A stretch of DNA of 32,026 nt from Sarea resinae (taxonomy: Eukaryota). The notes beneath the pieces were generated by a model. It was not told the origin of the DNA, did no database searches, and worked only from the letters and a program-made list of their open reading frames with translations. Position numbers and translations under genes: made by a program. Below are positions 11,443 to 23,407 of the stretch, piece by piece (the stretch's first letter is position 1; each line of letters opens with the position of its first letter). The stretch covers positions 1-32,026 of the forward strand of contig JAPEUD010000124.1 of assembly GCA_026026165.1 (NCBI GenBank), in the 5' to 3' direction.

Positions 11443-12541
11443 TTACAGATTGGTAAGATAATCCTCGATCTCTTGTGGAGAAAGTTTTCTGAATCTTGGA
11501 CCTTGGGCACCTTCAACACCTTCGTAGCCCAAAAGGTGGTCGGCTGGAGGTCCAACGATACCTGTTCCAAATCAGTACATGCTTCCTGAGGTCTGAAGGG
11601 AGATAACCTTACCAATCTCAACGGTTTCGCCATTCATCTCCCCCTCGATTGTCTCCTTCAAAGTCAAAAGGGCAATGTGCACTGCATCTTCCAGCTCCAA
11701 CCCTTCGGTATATCTCTTTTCTAAAAACGTCTTGGCGCTCGTTGCACTCTTGCCGATTGCTGTAGCCTTCCATGGGAAGTAGCTGCCACTGGGGTCAACC
11801 TGGTACAGGCTAGGGCCACCCTTGAGGATTCCACCGGTCTTTCCTGAAGCCTTCTTCTTCTCCGCCTCTGTCTCGCCGCCATCCTTGGCCGCCTCCTCTG
11901 TTTCCGGTTCAATGCCGTCGTCCCAGCCGGCAATTAAGAGACTAACACCATAGGGCCTAACACCACCGGACTGCGTAGCTTCCTGCATAACTCGAGCGAC
12001 GTCTTGAACCAATATTCTTGTAGGTGGGTACTCGTTGTAGATGCGCTTATATCCAGTATGTGAAACCTTACGAGCCTTGTCAACGAGAATCCGGTAGTCA
12101 GGACCCATCCCGGAATACACCATGCCAATATTGGGTGTTATGAGGCTGACTTTCGAAAGCGAAGGGGGATCGATGAGCGGGGATGATGATTTCTTCTCAG
12201 TGGCAAGTACAATGCCGTTTGTGGCTGATGGGATACGTTAGTCGCTATAGTGCTAGCATGGGGTATCGAATAGCCAGACCTTTGATGCCCAGGGACGTGA
12301 CTCCTTGGTTCACAGCGTTCAATGCATATTCTACAGTAGAGTATTAGTCTCCGACGGGTTTTTACACTGCCTAGACGATCAGAGTCGCCATGACCCGAAC
12401 GAACACACCTATCTGGACCAGCTTTCCGCTACGTAAGGATTAGCATCACATCGAAGGAGACGTAAAGAGACCAATGACAGAGGTATGGATCTCGTACCTG
12501 GGAGAGAATGTCGTCAAAGAGAAAGAGTATCGGTCCGCCAT
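11443..12541 (-). CDS. PRE8: 20S proteasome subunit alpha type-2; exons 12541-12498, 12428-12409, 12330-12280, 12224-11613, 11561-11443; 281 aa
   Basis: The spliced N-terminus [28 protein letters not shown] is the alpha-2 signature. Also [14 protein letters not shown] and [19 protein letters not shown]. Four GT-AG introns with CTAAY/CTGAT branch sites give 846 nt. Confidence 0.96.
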
Positions 12542-13261
12542 GATGGGTGTCGTGGATCGTAGCTAGATCCGGGGGATCTAGTCGTTTGAAGGGAGGCAGA
12601 AAGGCGGAGAGTCTGGCGTCCTTTGCGAAGATGAGGATGAGAAGGGGTTTGGAGATGGAGGTTAGGTAGGGAGGCAGACAGGCAGATCAACGGCAATGAT
12701 GAGGGTCGATATGAACCTGAAGTCTTCGTAGCTGGAGCTCCACGGTCACTGCAGTAAGGTAGAATTGCTTGGAGCTTCGAGCAAGGCTACAGGTTGTCTA
12801 CGCGGTTCATCATACCTCACCTCAGGCGTAGGGTACCTTAAGGTAGAACTGGGCTAGCTCGATCTGCTGACTCAGCGATGCTCAGGTCTTCCTCCCTTGG
12901 CAAACGACACGACAACGAAACGTTTCAGTTACCACTCACGCGAGCCACCCAGGATGATGAGTGCGTTCTACGACCAGCAACCTCTCTTTCGATGGTACAT
13001 AAATGATTAATTCTTGATCCATTAATTGCTATTGCAGGACCCTACATTCTTATCTTACACCAGGGAAGTGCGGTTCTACTACAGCCAGCTCTCTTTTCTG
13101 CATTCGAGTCAAGCAAAATCTTCGTCGACTCGCTCTTTGCTGTGCGAAGTCAAGGTCCGGTCCACCTGTGCTTACGGAATGTCCTGATATCCTAGCACTC
13201 ACCGCGCACGCTGCTTGATCAAAGCATCCTGGGAACGTAGTCCTTCTTGGCATCGTTCGGA

Positions 13262-14373
13262 ATGGACCCGACCTCTAATTCTTCGTGGCAATTTCCCGAT
13301 GACTTGTTTACGCAGTCCCAGGACCAGAAAGAAAGCGTTGCGGGTTCGCACCCCGCAAGTGGGGCTCACTCCAACTCACGATCCGAGCAAGCCCGAGGTA
13401 GATCGAGGCCGTCTAGGCACTGGGGCCCGCGAACCTGCCGTATATGTCTCGAGACTGTTTTGCCCACTTACAACCCACCCTCCGAGAATCTTCCGAATGT
13501 GTTCAAGTCAACACCTTCGGTATCTTACATATCCTCCGAGCCAGACTCTGGTCGTTTGATAAGCCCTTGCAAGTGCAGCGGATCCTCGAGGTATGTGCAT
13601 GAAGGCTGTTTGCAAGCCTGGCGGCATGCCGATCCGGCCTATGGAAGGCGAAACTACTGGCGGTGTCCTACTTGCGGCTTTGACTACAGACTGGAAAGAA
13701 TGAGATGGGGACGATGGGTCAATAGTCGGTGTACGTTGTTGCTTTGCCTTAGCCTTCTGGCTCCAAACGTTCGCTGATAGGCCTTAGTGACGCAGATATC
13801 TCTCACCTTTCTCATCCTTTTCATGGCGATGTTCATTCTAGGTTTTATCGCGGATCCTATCATCAATTTATATGTTGATCCTTACACGACCATTTCCTCG
13901 GCTTCCAAGTCAAAATTGAAGGTCAAAGTCGAATCCCCACTACCCCATGAGTCCTCATGGGGAGAGCACTTCCTCAAGGGCTTAGCATCACTAGGACTCC
14001 TCGGCTTCGTCAAAGTCTTACTTGCGATGTCTCCGTGGCAATGGTGGAACATGCGTAATTCTGGTCTCCTAGGGGGTGGAAGAAGAGCAGGTGGGACAGG
14101 AAGAGACCGGCTAGGCTCCATCAGCTGGATCGTTGTTCTTATTGGGGTGTTGACCTTCCTATGGGTAAGACAGCCCCTTTTTTCAGATACTCTGTTGCCA
14201 TGTCTCACCAACTGTAGGGCGTATATAAAGGTGTTCGCTCTTGGAGTCGCAAAGCTCTCGAGAAAGCGGGAGAGCGAGTCATGAACGTCCAAGGAGACGA
14301 TGATGATAACGACCCGGAAGAAGATCTCAATAGGTCCTCCCAAGAATATGCTGACACAAAGAAGGATGAATAA
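13262..14373 (+). CDS. RING-CH (RINGv/MARCH-type) membrane E3 ubiquitin ligase; exons 13262-13730, 13788-14164, 14218-14373; 333 aa
   Basis: C4HC3 pattern CRIC..PCKCSGS..YVHEGCL..W..CPTC followed by about 3 hydrophobic segments. Introns 13731-13787 (GTACGT..GCTGAT..TAG) and 14165-14217 (GTAAGA..TAG) give 1002 nt. Confidence 0.88.
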
Positions 14374-15281
14374 GGTTCTTTCGTTCTGACCTCATGGCAG
14401 TACTGTTTCATTACGGTCTTGTAGATTAGGTGCGTGCTCGTTTCGTAGTGACGAGACTCCCTATGACCATCATTCGTATGTTTCAAGTGATCAATCCATC
14501 TTGCATTTCCCCTTTCATGCCATCGTGGAGTTTGATCTTCATAACCACCGCACACTCTTAAATTGTCACGACATTCTTTTCCATGGCGTGCCAGTTAGTC
14601 TGCGTGCGAAGATCTACTGCCTGTCGGATTTGTTGAAGTCTGGGACGTATTGTTCCTTCTTCTGGATGATCCGGCAGGCAAACGCCGATCAGGCTTCTCT
14701 ATCAATGCTTCATTCTCTGGTCCATTGACCGAGTTCAAAGAATGCGGATTTGAGAAGAACGATTGGTAAATATTCCACTACGTGCGATTTACTAGGAGCG
14801 TGATGCAAGACTTAGATCTACTGTTTACACTCATCACGAAAGTATGCCTTACTTCTTACCATCTATCAGCCCAGGCTCCTTTGATAGCTATCTTGGTGTG
14901 TGCTTCGTTACTTCATATCACTCTGACATCAATGGGTTTCTGCTTGGAACAACTTCCAGAATGGGAAAGCTGGGCAATACCATTTTTCTATAAGATGACA
15001 GTCACAGAGCCTGTGAACTATGATGCTGGTTAAAATACAAATAAGGCGATGCTCAACTTGCAGAGAAAATGCAGGCCATCTGCTCCGCTGTCACTGCCAC
15101 ATTTCCCTGGAGAGAGGCGTCATGATCGTTCAGACAGTGACTTCCTTCATCCCAAGTGCGACTTCCAAATTCAATATTCACTCATGTGGCTGGAAGAGCT
15201 CAAGTCTCTCATCCTCATACTACCAAACCATTCCTCCTACATCCTCATCAGTGCCCAGGATCCTAAGAGTTGCCCTCAAAC

Positions 15282-16459
15282 ATGGCGTCAGGCCACCGCA
15301 GAGCCCTTCAAGACTCTGGTTACCAATCCCTCAAGTCAGCATCTTCCGAAACCTCTATCGAAACAGACGGCAGCTCTGACTCTTTTGCTCTTGAATGGCA
15401 ATCCTTATTACCCAGTCCCGTTATTCCTAGTGTTGTCATCCAAGAGGGTAGGTCCTCAGAAGTGCCACGCTTTATGAGAGATGAATCTGGAGTTTTCAAT
15501 CAGCTTACGAAGCTACTGCAATTCCCAGGACTAGATTCACGATTCAACCGCATCGTGTCGACAGTCATCAACATGATCCAACATATTCACTTGGCGTTAT
15601 TCAACCCATTAGCGGAGCATCAAGTGCACAAGTTCATCATGGAGCACGTCATTAGTCTGGCGGACGATATCATTACCATTTTTGTGGCCATCAAAAATGA
15701 CCTCAGCACTAGACTCGACAAGTTCAACCACACGAAGCTTTTTCTTCCGACGCTGGAAACCGTCGTAGATGCCGAGGATCTAAGAATGGGGCTGCAGCTA
15801 TGGATCGAGAAGATGAGGTAGGTTAAGCTTCCCTTCCAGGGATACCGTTGAACGCTCCTCGAGCTCTTTTAACTGATGCACTCATAACCAACAGAGCCAT
15901 CAAACCTCTTGCACCAACAACGGCACTCATCTTTCGCAACATTGCTTGGTTCTACGAAGAGAAAGTCTATCACTCCTTCCTCCAAACACGTGTCTCTAAG
16001 CCAGAACACGGAATGCGGCATCTGACAGGGCATCTGAACGCCCTCTATACAGCGACGGAAGATGTTTATCACCTAAGCAGCCAATTAGTCCGTGACACAG
16101 CTATGGCGAAGTTTTCTATCGAGGCCGCCTGCGGCAGGCTCGACAAGTGCCCCCTTGTGTGGAAAGAGGAACGCCTGAGAAGTCTACATCTGTGCGCCGT
16201 TGCAAATCGCGTCAAGAAGACCGAGGAGCTGCTGGGTCAGAGTAGTGAAGGCGAAGGTCAGGGTCAGGCGCCAATAAATCTGATCAATAAAACTTCTAGG
16301 GCCTCTAGAGAAGAGAGGGGGGCCGAGAATGTTCTACCCAGGATCGAAAATGAATTGGTACCGAAAGATTCAGCGGCGCCTAGTCTGAAGCGGACACCGG
16401 CCACACGACGACCTTCTCGTTCGGTGGCCGCTGGTATCGTTCTAAAGAAGGCCGAATAA
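15282..16459 (+). CDS. Hypothetical protein, no recognised family; exons 15282-15817, 15895-16459; about 366 aa
   Basis: Two long adjacent ORFs are joined exactly in frame by intron 15818-15894 (AG|GTAGGT..ACTGAT..ACAG). ATG context is AACATGG. Further upstream exons are not excluded. Confidence 0.6.
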
Positions 16460-18480
16460 GAGGAAGGCTGAAGACCTTGTGACTTTGTTCCAGCGCGGAA
16501 ATATCTGTCCAAAGGTACACTTCCTGATTCACTCTTTATTCTAATCTCGCAAAGTGTCGAGCAAGGCCTCGCGGGCCATACCTAGCTAGAGTAAACATAG
16601 CACAATGCATTCACAGTCGTTTTGTTGAGTACTGTATTGAGAGCTCTGAGACAGGCTCTGGTGTGCAGAGTTGATCATATCGCGAAAAGGTTGACGCGGG
16701 CGACTGATCTGACCCTTGATCTATGTCTTAAGATGTTTGCTGCCTGTAGCCTGCTCGTCGAGCCCATTATTCATCGCTACCAGCATTGACATTTGCCTGG
16801 ATTGTAGATATTGGTATACCAAGTACAGCTGATTAGACATCGCATTTTTTTCAAACGGATGCTTCTCTGCTCGCGGAAGAAGCGGAATAAATTGAAGCAC
16901 GGAAAGGAAAAAATATCAAGAATCTGTCGCTACTATTGCGGGTCTTTCACTTCTTCTGCATGAAGGGATGTTTGAAACATCCTGGGGAAACGGACGTCGA
17001 AGCGAAACAACATAGCTCACATCCTGGCATCATCTAGCTCCCCGACAGCCTATCTTGTGCGTACATTGCGTGCCTGTATTCCTGTGCAGCCATAGACAAG
17101 GCGGGTGGGACGTGTGAAGCAAAATCTCCTCGAAGAACGCCGAGACGGAGGTTAAACAACGCAAAATATATCTAACAAGGGAGCATTCGGAAAGACAGTA
17201 GACGAGGTCTGGATGGTCTGGGACGTCGCCGCCGTTGCCGATAAGACGGTCTTCAGCCCCTGCAACACTGCCAGGAGTGGGGAAAAGCAAAACACAGGTC
17301 TGCAACGAAGGTCTAGAAAAAGGCGAGGCCGATACATTCAAGCATTTTAAGGGGCTATCTAGGAGAACTCGAAGCCAGTACAATCCCAGATCGCTGGAAG
17401 CCTTAAACCTGCCCGAGATCTCCCTTTGCACCAGGGTGATTGGTGCACTTCGGACAGCATTCATTTCCACCGGCATCAGGCCATGTAAGTGTTAATCCCC
17501 TTCTCTGCATATTCCGAGTCGATGAGGCAAAGAGCGTGCATACATGCAAATGTAGCTGCACGCATTCATCTATCCAACAAGTCATCGCCATCGTACTGGC
17601 GGATCAGGGATCGCCTCCTGGGATGGAAAAAAGGTAAAGATACATTGCAGATGGGACGTCCGTATCAATACTCGGGAGGGAAAGGAAATTGTGAACGGTC
17701 GTCGTATTGGTTGCCGCGATGTTCATGCGTTCCGGAAGAGGAAGCTGGGGAAGCACTCTGGTTCTTTCGAAAAGTCTCCTGGAGAGGTGCGCCTGAAGGC
17801 ACAAGACTCCTATTACTAACACATTGTACCTCATGGAGGGCCGAGGAAGATATAATCCAGAGCATCCTAGAGCTTCTAGATCAATCCAAGGATGCATGCG
17901 GAGCAGCCGAGATCTGTGCTCACATCTACTCAACATCCCCCCGGGACTAAAGCTACGACAGATTCATGCAAACATCACGGAACAGGGGACGTCGCGATAG
18001 AAAGTTGCCTGACGATGTGGAGCGTTGAGGCAAATGTCTATTCCGGCCATTGCAGAAGCATGGAGCTGTGTCAACATGGGGCCACGAATGAGACAGGCAG
18101 CTACAATTCGGCATCTCCGGTGCCGATCTCAAGGCTTTTATGCTCCCTGAGGTCTATGTTGTACAAAACTCGGAAGTCAGCAATATGCTTTCCTGTTACG
18201 GACGCAAAAAAGTGTCAGGCTGAATGGTCATGATGTGGCTTTGCGGTCTTGATATCTCACAGAGTCTCTGGTCTAAAGGCCGCCGCGGAAAAGCTTTACA
18301 CTGATGATGGGACAATCAGAAGCAGCATCGACACAAAAAGCAATACAGAAATCCATCCGAGCAGCCACAATATATTGAAGATCCTAGGATGCACCTTCAA
18401 GCAAGAATCAAAGCTCGGACAACTGGATACAAAGTGGAATTTTGCGACGTTCTCAAAACCTGAAATAAGTTCAGAATACA

Positions 18481-20145
18481 ATGACCTCGTGGTATAACGC
18501 AGACATGGACTGCCAGAGCCATAAGAAGGGTCACTGCTTCAGGCTCGCTGACAGTCTACCCAAATATCGGCTTTGGCCAGTATCAAGCATGACAGCACCT
18601 CCATCGAAGATCTCAATTGCAGAAACCACGAGAGCCAAAACATCAGTGCAAGATAGACCTTCGACGAGCCAAAGTGAAAGACGAATTGGAGCCCCCAAAA
18701 AGAAGCCTAAAGAGAGACTGAATCCTTGGAAGGGAAGGGTCAGTGTCCCTGAGCTGGGAGCGATGACGACTGTCCAGGAGGCTGGCATGGACTCTCGTAA
18801 GTATATACTGTGTTTAACAAGTGCTCTATTTTTAACAATGCCTAGCAACTATTCCCGGAAGATTGCCAGTCCCCGAGAGGTCTAGCAGTGCCCCTACTGC
18901 CTGCTTGAGGCAAAGTCCGTTTGGTGACGCCATGGCGTGTTGCATCACTGGGCCCGCTGTGAACTACGAAAGTGATCATCCTTTTATTAGCAAGGAGTCG
19001 AGGCCTTTTGCGCAATCTCCAGTACGAGCGGCCGCCAAACTTTCCGAGTCGACATTTCTTCCATTGTTGGGTCGAACATCGCCGTCCAGGCCAGGAATTG
19101 CGACATCAGGAAGGACCTTGAAAGAGGACCTTCCTCCGGTAGTTCCACCCAAATCTCCAAGATTGGCCAGCCAGTCTTCGCCAGTGAGGTCCCAGCGAAT
19201 TACTCGAAATCCACCTCGAGCAAAATTGCCGGACATTCCATACGGAATGCCGAGCAGCCTGCGCGAAACTCGAAAGGGAGTGTTTCCGCATCTGAAGCTT
19301 CAGGCCGACAAGGACCATACAAACAACGTCTCTGAGGGATGCTGTATCAATAGAGGCCGTCCAATAAAGAGAAGACAATATACAAGTCTGCACGACGAAG
19401 GCAATCCAATCAGACACACTGGCCGTACCGAACAAAAGCCTTTTCGGGAACTTCCTGTCGGGCTCAAAGCAGCAGACGTCCCTTTTGTGATTTCACCGCC
19501 TGAAATAGACTTGATCAGGATACAAGCAGCAAAGCAAGCGGAGAACTTCGAGATTCTGAATAGAAGAGATGTGGAAGCATTATCAAAGGTAAGAGAGCTT
19601 ATAGCTAAAAGCTCGGATTCTGCTGACAACTCCAGGAATTGCGTTTTCTCGATGAGCGATGCAAGGACCTGCAGGAAACGTATAAATTACTTCGAGCCAG
19701 GCGACGAAGCCTGCATAGCAGCCTGCTCTCCTACGTCAAATCACCGAGATCAGCGACATCATCTGACGGTGGTATATCAAAGCAGGTGGAAGTGATCGCA
19801 GAGGTGGATGTCACCATCAACGATATCATCCAGCCACTTGAAGCGACAGAAAATCGGCAGGCAAGGGTCCGCCAAAAACTACTCGAGCATGTGGCCGCCG
19901 CCGTAACACTCAGCTCGGCAAGGATCATAGGCAACATATGCGGACAAAGCACGCCTCCGCAAAGCCCGGATGAGCCCGGCATCGACCGGATAGAAAGCAG
20001 CGATGTCATGGCATCAGGGTCATCAGACGAGAGAGCCGCGTCTAGAATAACGCTTGAGGGAGGCTGTGATGAAGCTTTGGTCGAGTCAATCAAGGTCTAT
20101 GCCGATGGGGAGATGTTCGCTCTGCTGGCGGAGAAGAACTCGTGA
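18481..20145 (+). CDS. Uds1 (up-regulated during septation) domain protein; exons about 18481-18796, 18846-19588, 19636-20145; start uncertain (18481, 18505 or 18589)
   Basis: Splicing yields MDSPTIPGR and FEIL..DVEALSKELRFLDERC..L..TY..LR..RRSLH...RVRQKLLEHVAAAVTL and ESIKVYAD, which are typical of Uds1-domain proteins. Introns 18797-18845 (GTAAGT..TAG) and 19589-19635 (GTAAGA..GCTGAC..CAG). Confidence 0.78.
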
Positions 20146-20675
20146 TAAGCAAGATGAAAAGGGTCTGCGAGTACAAATCATCGCCTGTTCTCATTCTAAT
20201 AGGAGTTCGTTTCTTTGATCTTTGGATTTCTATATCTTCTCTGAAACAGTATACCCACTGGTATTGTCCACGACGGGCAGATACTGTCGTGGATAGATAT
20301 CTCCAATGTCTGAGTTTCAGGTAGGCAGCTCCAGTATTCTCACCATATTACCAATCAATAAAGAGTGCAAAAAATGCTTCAACGATATACTTGAAGCCTG
20401 AGGCCTGAAGCCTGAAGGCCAATTGCCGTAGTGGCCTCTGAATATGTTTAGGTAAGCAGCCACGGATCAATCGGTACGGGAGTCGGGAGACAGAATGAAC
20501 CAGCAGATGACGCCAAATCTGGGCCTGAACGTCAAGCGAATCGAAGCATCCCCGTCACCTCCAAATTTGGTCCTGCAACAATTCTCATCATTATCATCAC
20601 CAAACTTCACTTCCTCTCAACACCACCACTCCCCGTCGCTTCACACCCTTTCACATACTAATCCACATCTCCAAC

Positions 20676-21635
20676 ATGTTCCGCCGATCGCTCCTCAGAC
20701 AGTCCCGAGCTCTGAGCTCCAGACTGCAAAATGCCGCCACCTCATCTTCCATTCGGCCGCAGTTCCAGCCCACGCGATCACCGCTCGCCGAATTCGGTGC
20801 CCGTCGATTAGCAGCTTCACGATACTACTCGACGGCCTCGGAGGAGAAGAAGGGTACTGAGGGTGAAGCGCCAGCTGCAGCGGCAGAGGGACAGGAGTCA
20901 AAGCAGGAGGAAGACCCGTCGAAGAAGGAGCTCGAGGCGAAGAATAAGGAAATCATTGATCTAAAGGTTCGTCTGGCGCCTCATGCACGATCGTATTGCT
21001 TCAGTCCCATCTTGGTTCTCCGCAACAGAAGAGCAGGGAGTGGGCGAATACCGTCTTCATTCGATCTGAAAAAGGCTAAAACACCACAGGACAAATACCT
21101 CCGATCGGTCGCGGAATTCCGTAACCTTCAGGAGCGCACTAAGCGCGACGTGCAAGCGGCCAAGGACTTTGCGATTCAGAAGTTCGCCAAGGACCTGGTG
21201 GAATCGATCGACAACCTCGACCGCGCTCTGGTCAACGTACCGGCCGATAAGCTGAAGGCCCAGGCCGACCTGGCCAACCTCTACGACGGCCTCAAGATGA
21301 CAGAGGCGATTCTCATGCAGACGCTGAAGAAGCACGGGCTCGAGCGTTTTGATCCCGCCGAAAATTCCGAGAAGTTCGATCCTAACAAGCACGAGGCCAC
21401 CTTCATGACGCCTCAGCAGGAGAAGGAGGATGGGTCCGTATTCTTCACGCAGCAGAAGGGTTTCTTGCTCAATGGAAGAGTCTTGAGAGTATGTTTGCCT
21501 TGCCTTGTCTTACCGTATCCGGTCTTCTGCTCTATACTTCTTTGGTCCCAAAGCGGGTATCCCCTGTAGGCCATGCTAACAATATTGGTTTCTTCACAAC
21601 AGGCGGCAAAGGTTGGCGTCGTAAAGAATAACTAA
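20676..21635 (+). CDS. MGE1: Mitochondrial GrpE nucleotide exchange factor; exons 20676-20966, 21090-21488, 21603-21635; 240 aa
   Basis: Arg/Ser-rich presequence ending RYYS. DKYLRSVAEFRNLQERTKR, FAIQKFAKDL, FDPNKHEA, GFLLNGRVLRAAKVGVVK. Introns 20967-21089 and 21489-21602. Confidence 0.96.
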
Positions 21636-21777
21636 AATGTTGTTTCGCCCATGACTTGACCCACGCTTCCTCCGACTACCAATCGTCCGTCACATCTGTA
21701 AGAATATACACGCCCAGCCTCTCGACCACCGCTGTCGCTCCTCCCTTTTTTTAGTGTTCCGGGGACGAGGGGCTACA

Positions 21778-23190
21778 TAAAGGAAGAAAAGAAAGAAAAG
21801 AAAACAAAAGAAAGAAAGGAAACGGAAATCGATAATGGTTTCGTCATTGTGTTAATATATTGTACCACCATTACGACCACCACCTCATCATTGCCATCAC
21901 CACCATCACCCCCATCGCCATCCTCGCCACCACCGTCATCACGATCACCATCATCACCATTGTCATCGTCATCGTCATGTCCCATTCCCAGCCAATCTAT
22001 CAGCCGTCTCTGTATCGAATGCGAGAGAAAAGAGGGCGCCAGGGCCAGGAGAAAAGGGAGACATGGCGTCCGTCCCTTGACTGGAAACGAAAGAAATCTC
22101 CAATGAATTCAAAACTATTCTTGTATATAAATCTCATCATCATCATTATCATCAACATAAACATCATCTCTCCTCTACCGTACCTAATAGACATCGACTG
22201 TCATGCCAGTTTGGGCTTTTCGTGTCTCTTCCGCTCTATCTTCTCCATTTTCTTCTTCTTGTTCTTCTTCTCTTCTCTTCTCTTCTCTTCTCTTCTCTTC
22301 TCTTCTCTTCTCTTCTCTTCTCTTCTCTTCTCTTCTCTTCTCTTCTCTTCTCTTCTCCTCCCCTTTCTTTTTTGCTCATCTACTATGTCTACTCTACCCA
22401 TGCACCCACCCACTTAGAAAGACCTCTAATAGAAAAAACCCCCACCGAACTCAACTCAACAGCTCAACCGAACCAGAAAGTAGAAAAGAGCGGGGAAATG
22501 AAATTAACTCTAGTGAAAAAAATCGCAATCGAAGCTGAATCAGATCAAATCAAACCCAATCGACACAACCTGTGATTGAATCGCTTTCCTCTATCTGTGT
22601 CTGTGTCTGTGTCTGTGTCTGCGCCTGCGTCTGAGATAAGGAAAGGCAAGGTACAGGTAAGGTAAGGAAAGGTAAGGTGAGCTTTGTTTTCCTCGTAAGG
22701 CAGTAGGGTTTCGAATGTAGAAAAGAAAGAAAAGAAAGAAAACGGGGGGTTTACTATCGCGGAGACGGAGACGGAGACGGAGATGGGCATAGATAGGAGT
22801 TAGCACCACCACCACCACCACCACTCCCAAAAAGGCAAGATCACAAAAGACTTATCAGACCGCGTTTATATATATTCATCCCATTCATCTGTTCATCCGT
22901 CTATCTATCTGATGATTCCGAAGTGAAAGGTGTGATCAGTACTGGGGTAGTTCTGGCGATACTCTATGTTCAGATGATAATAGCTGATGGCTATCGGTGC
23001 ATAGAGGATAGATGATGGATGATGGATGATGGATGATGGATATGCACGTATCATGCTCGTGCTCGTGCTTATGTATATGCACAAGCTGTGTAGGTTGGTA
23101 GGTCAATATGTAGGAAGGTGGAGAGCTGGGTAGAGAGATAGAGGATCCGAAACAACAAGGAGAGAGAGGGGAAAGAAAGCAAAGAAACGC
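21778..23190. repeat. Microsatellite-dense convergent intergenic region (MGE1/RCN1): degenerate (CAC/CAT/CGT)n 21864-21978, (TCTTC)18 22266-22355, (TGTGTC)n ~22595-22620, RRYRR pentamers ~22635-22680, (GACGGA)n ~22760-22782, (CAC)n, (GATG/GATGGAT)n
   Basis: Read directly from the sequence. Confidence 0.9.
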
Positions 23191-23407
23191 CATACACCAC
23201 GCCGACCCAAAGGCGCCCCATGCCCCTCTCAAAACTCTCCAGTCTCCATTCTCCGCTCCGGTAATGAAAGCAAGCAAGGAAAAGCGATTCTCGCAGGTCA
23301 ATGGAATTGGGTGGTTTTTCTCATATGCGTTCGCTCGCTCGCTCGCTGGCTGGCTGGCTGGGCAAAAGACACACAAGATTTCTAGGTTGGAATTGATTTG
23401 CGGCCGT

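Noticed and set aside
6140..16459. dcl2, PRE8, RING E3 and the orphan gene as a dedicated defence or degradation cluster
   Set aside because: Adjacency alone is not evidence in a eukaryotic genome; there is no Argonaute, RdRP or transposon in the window and no shared motif across all four genes.
20392..20420. TGAAGCC-type 7-bp tandem as a heat-shock element for MGE1
   Set aside because: The GAA units are direct repeats at 7-bp spacing, not alternating nGAAn pentamers.
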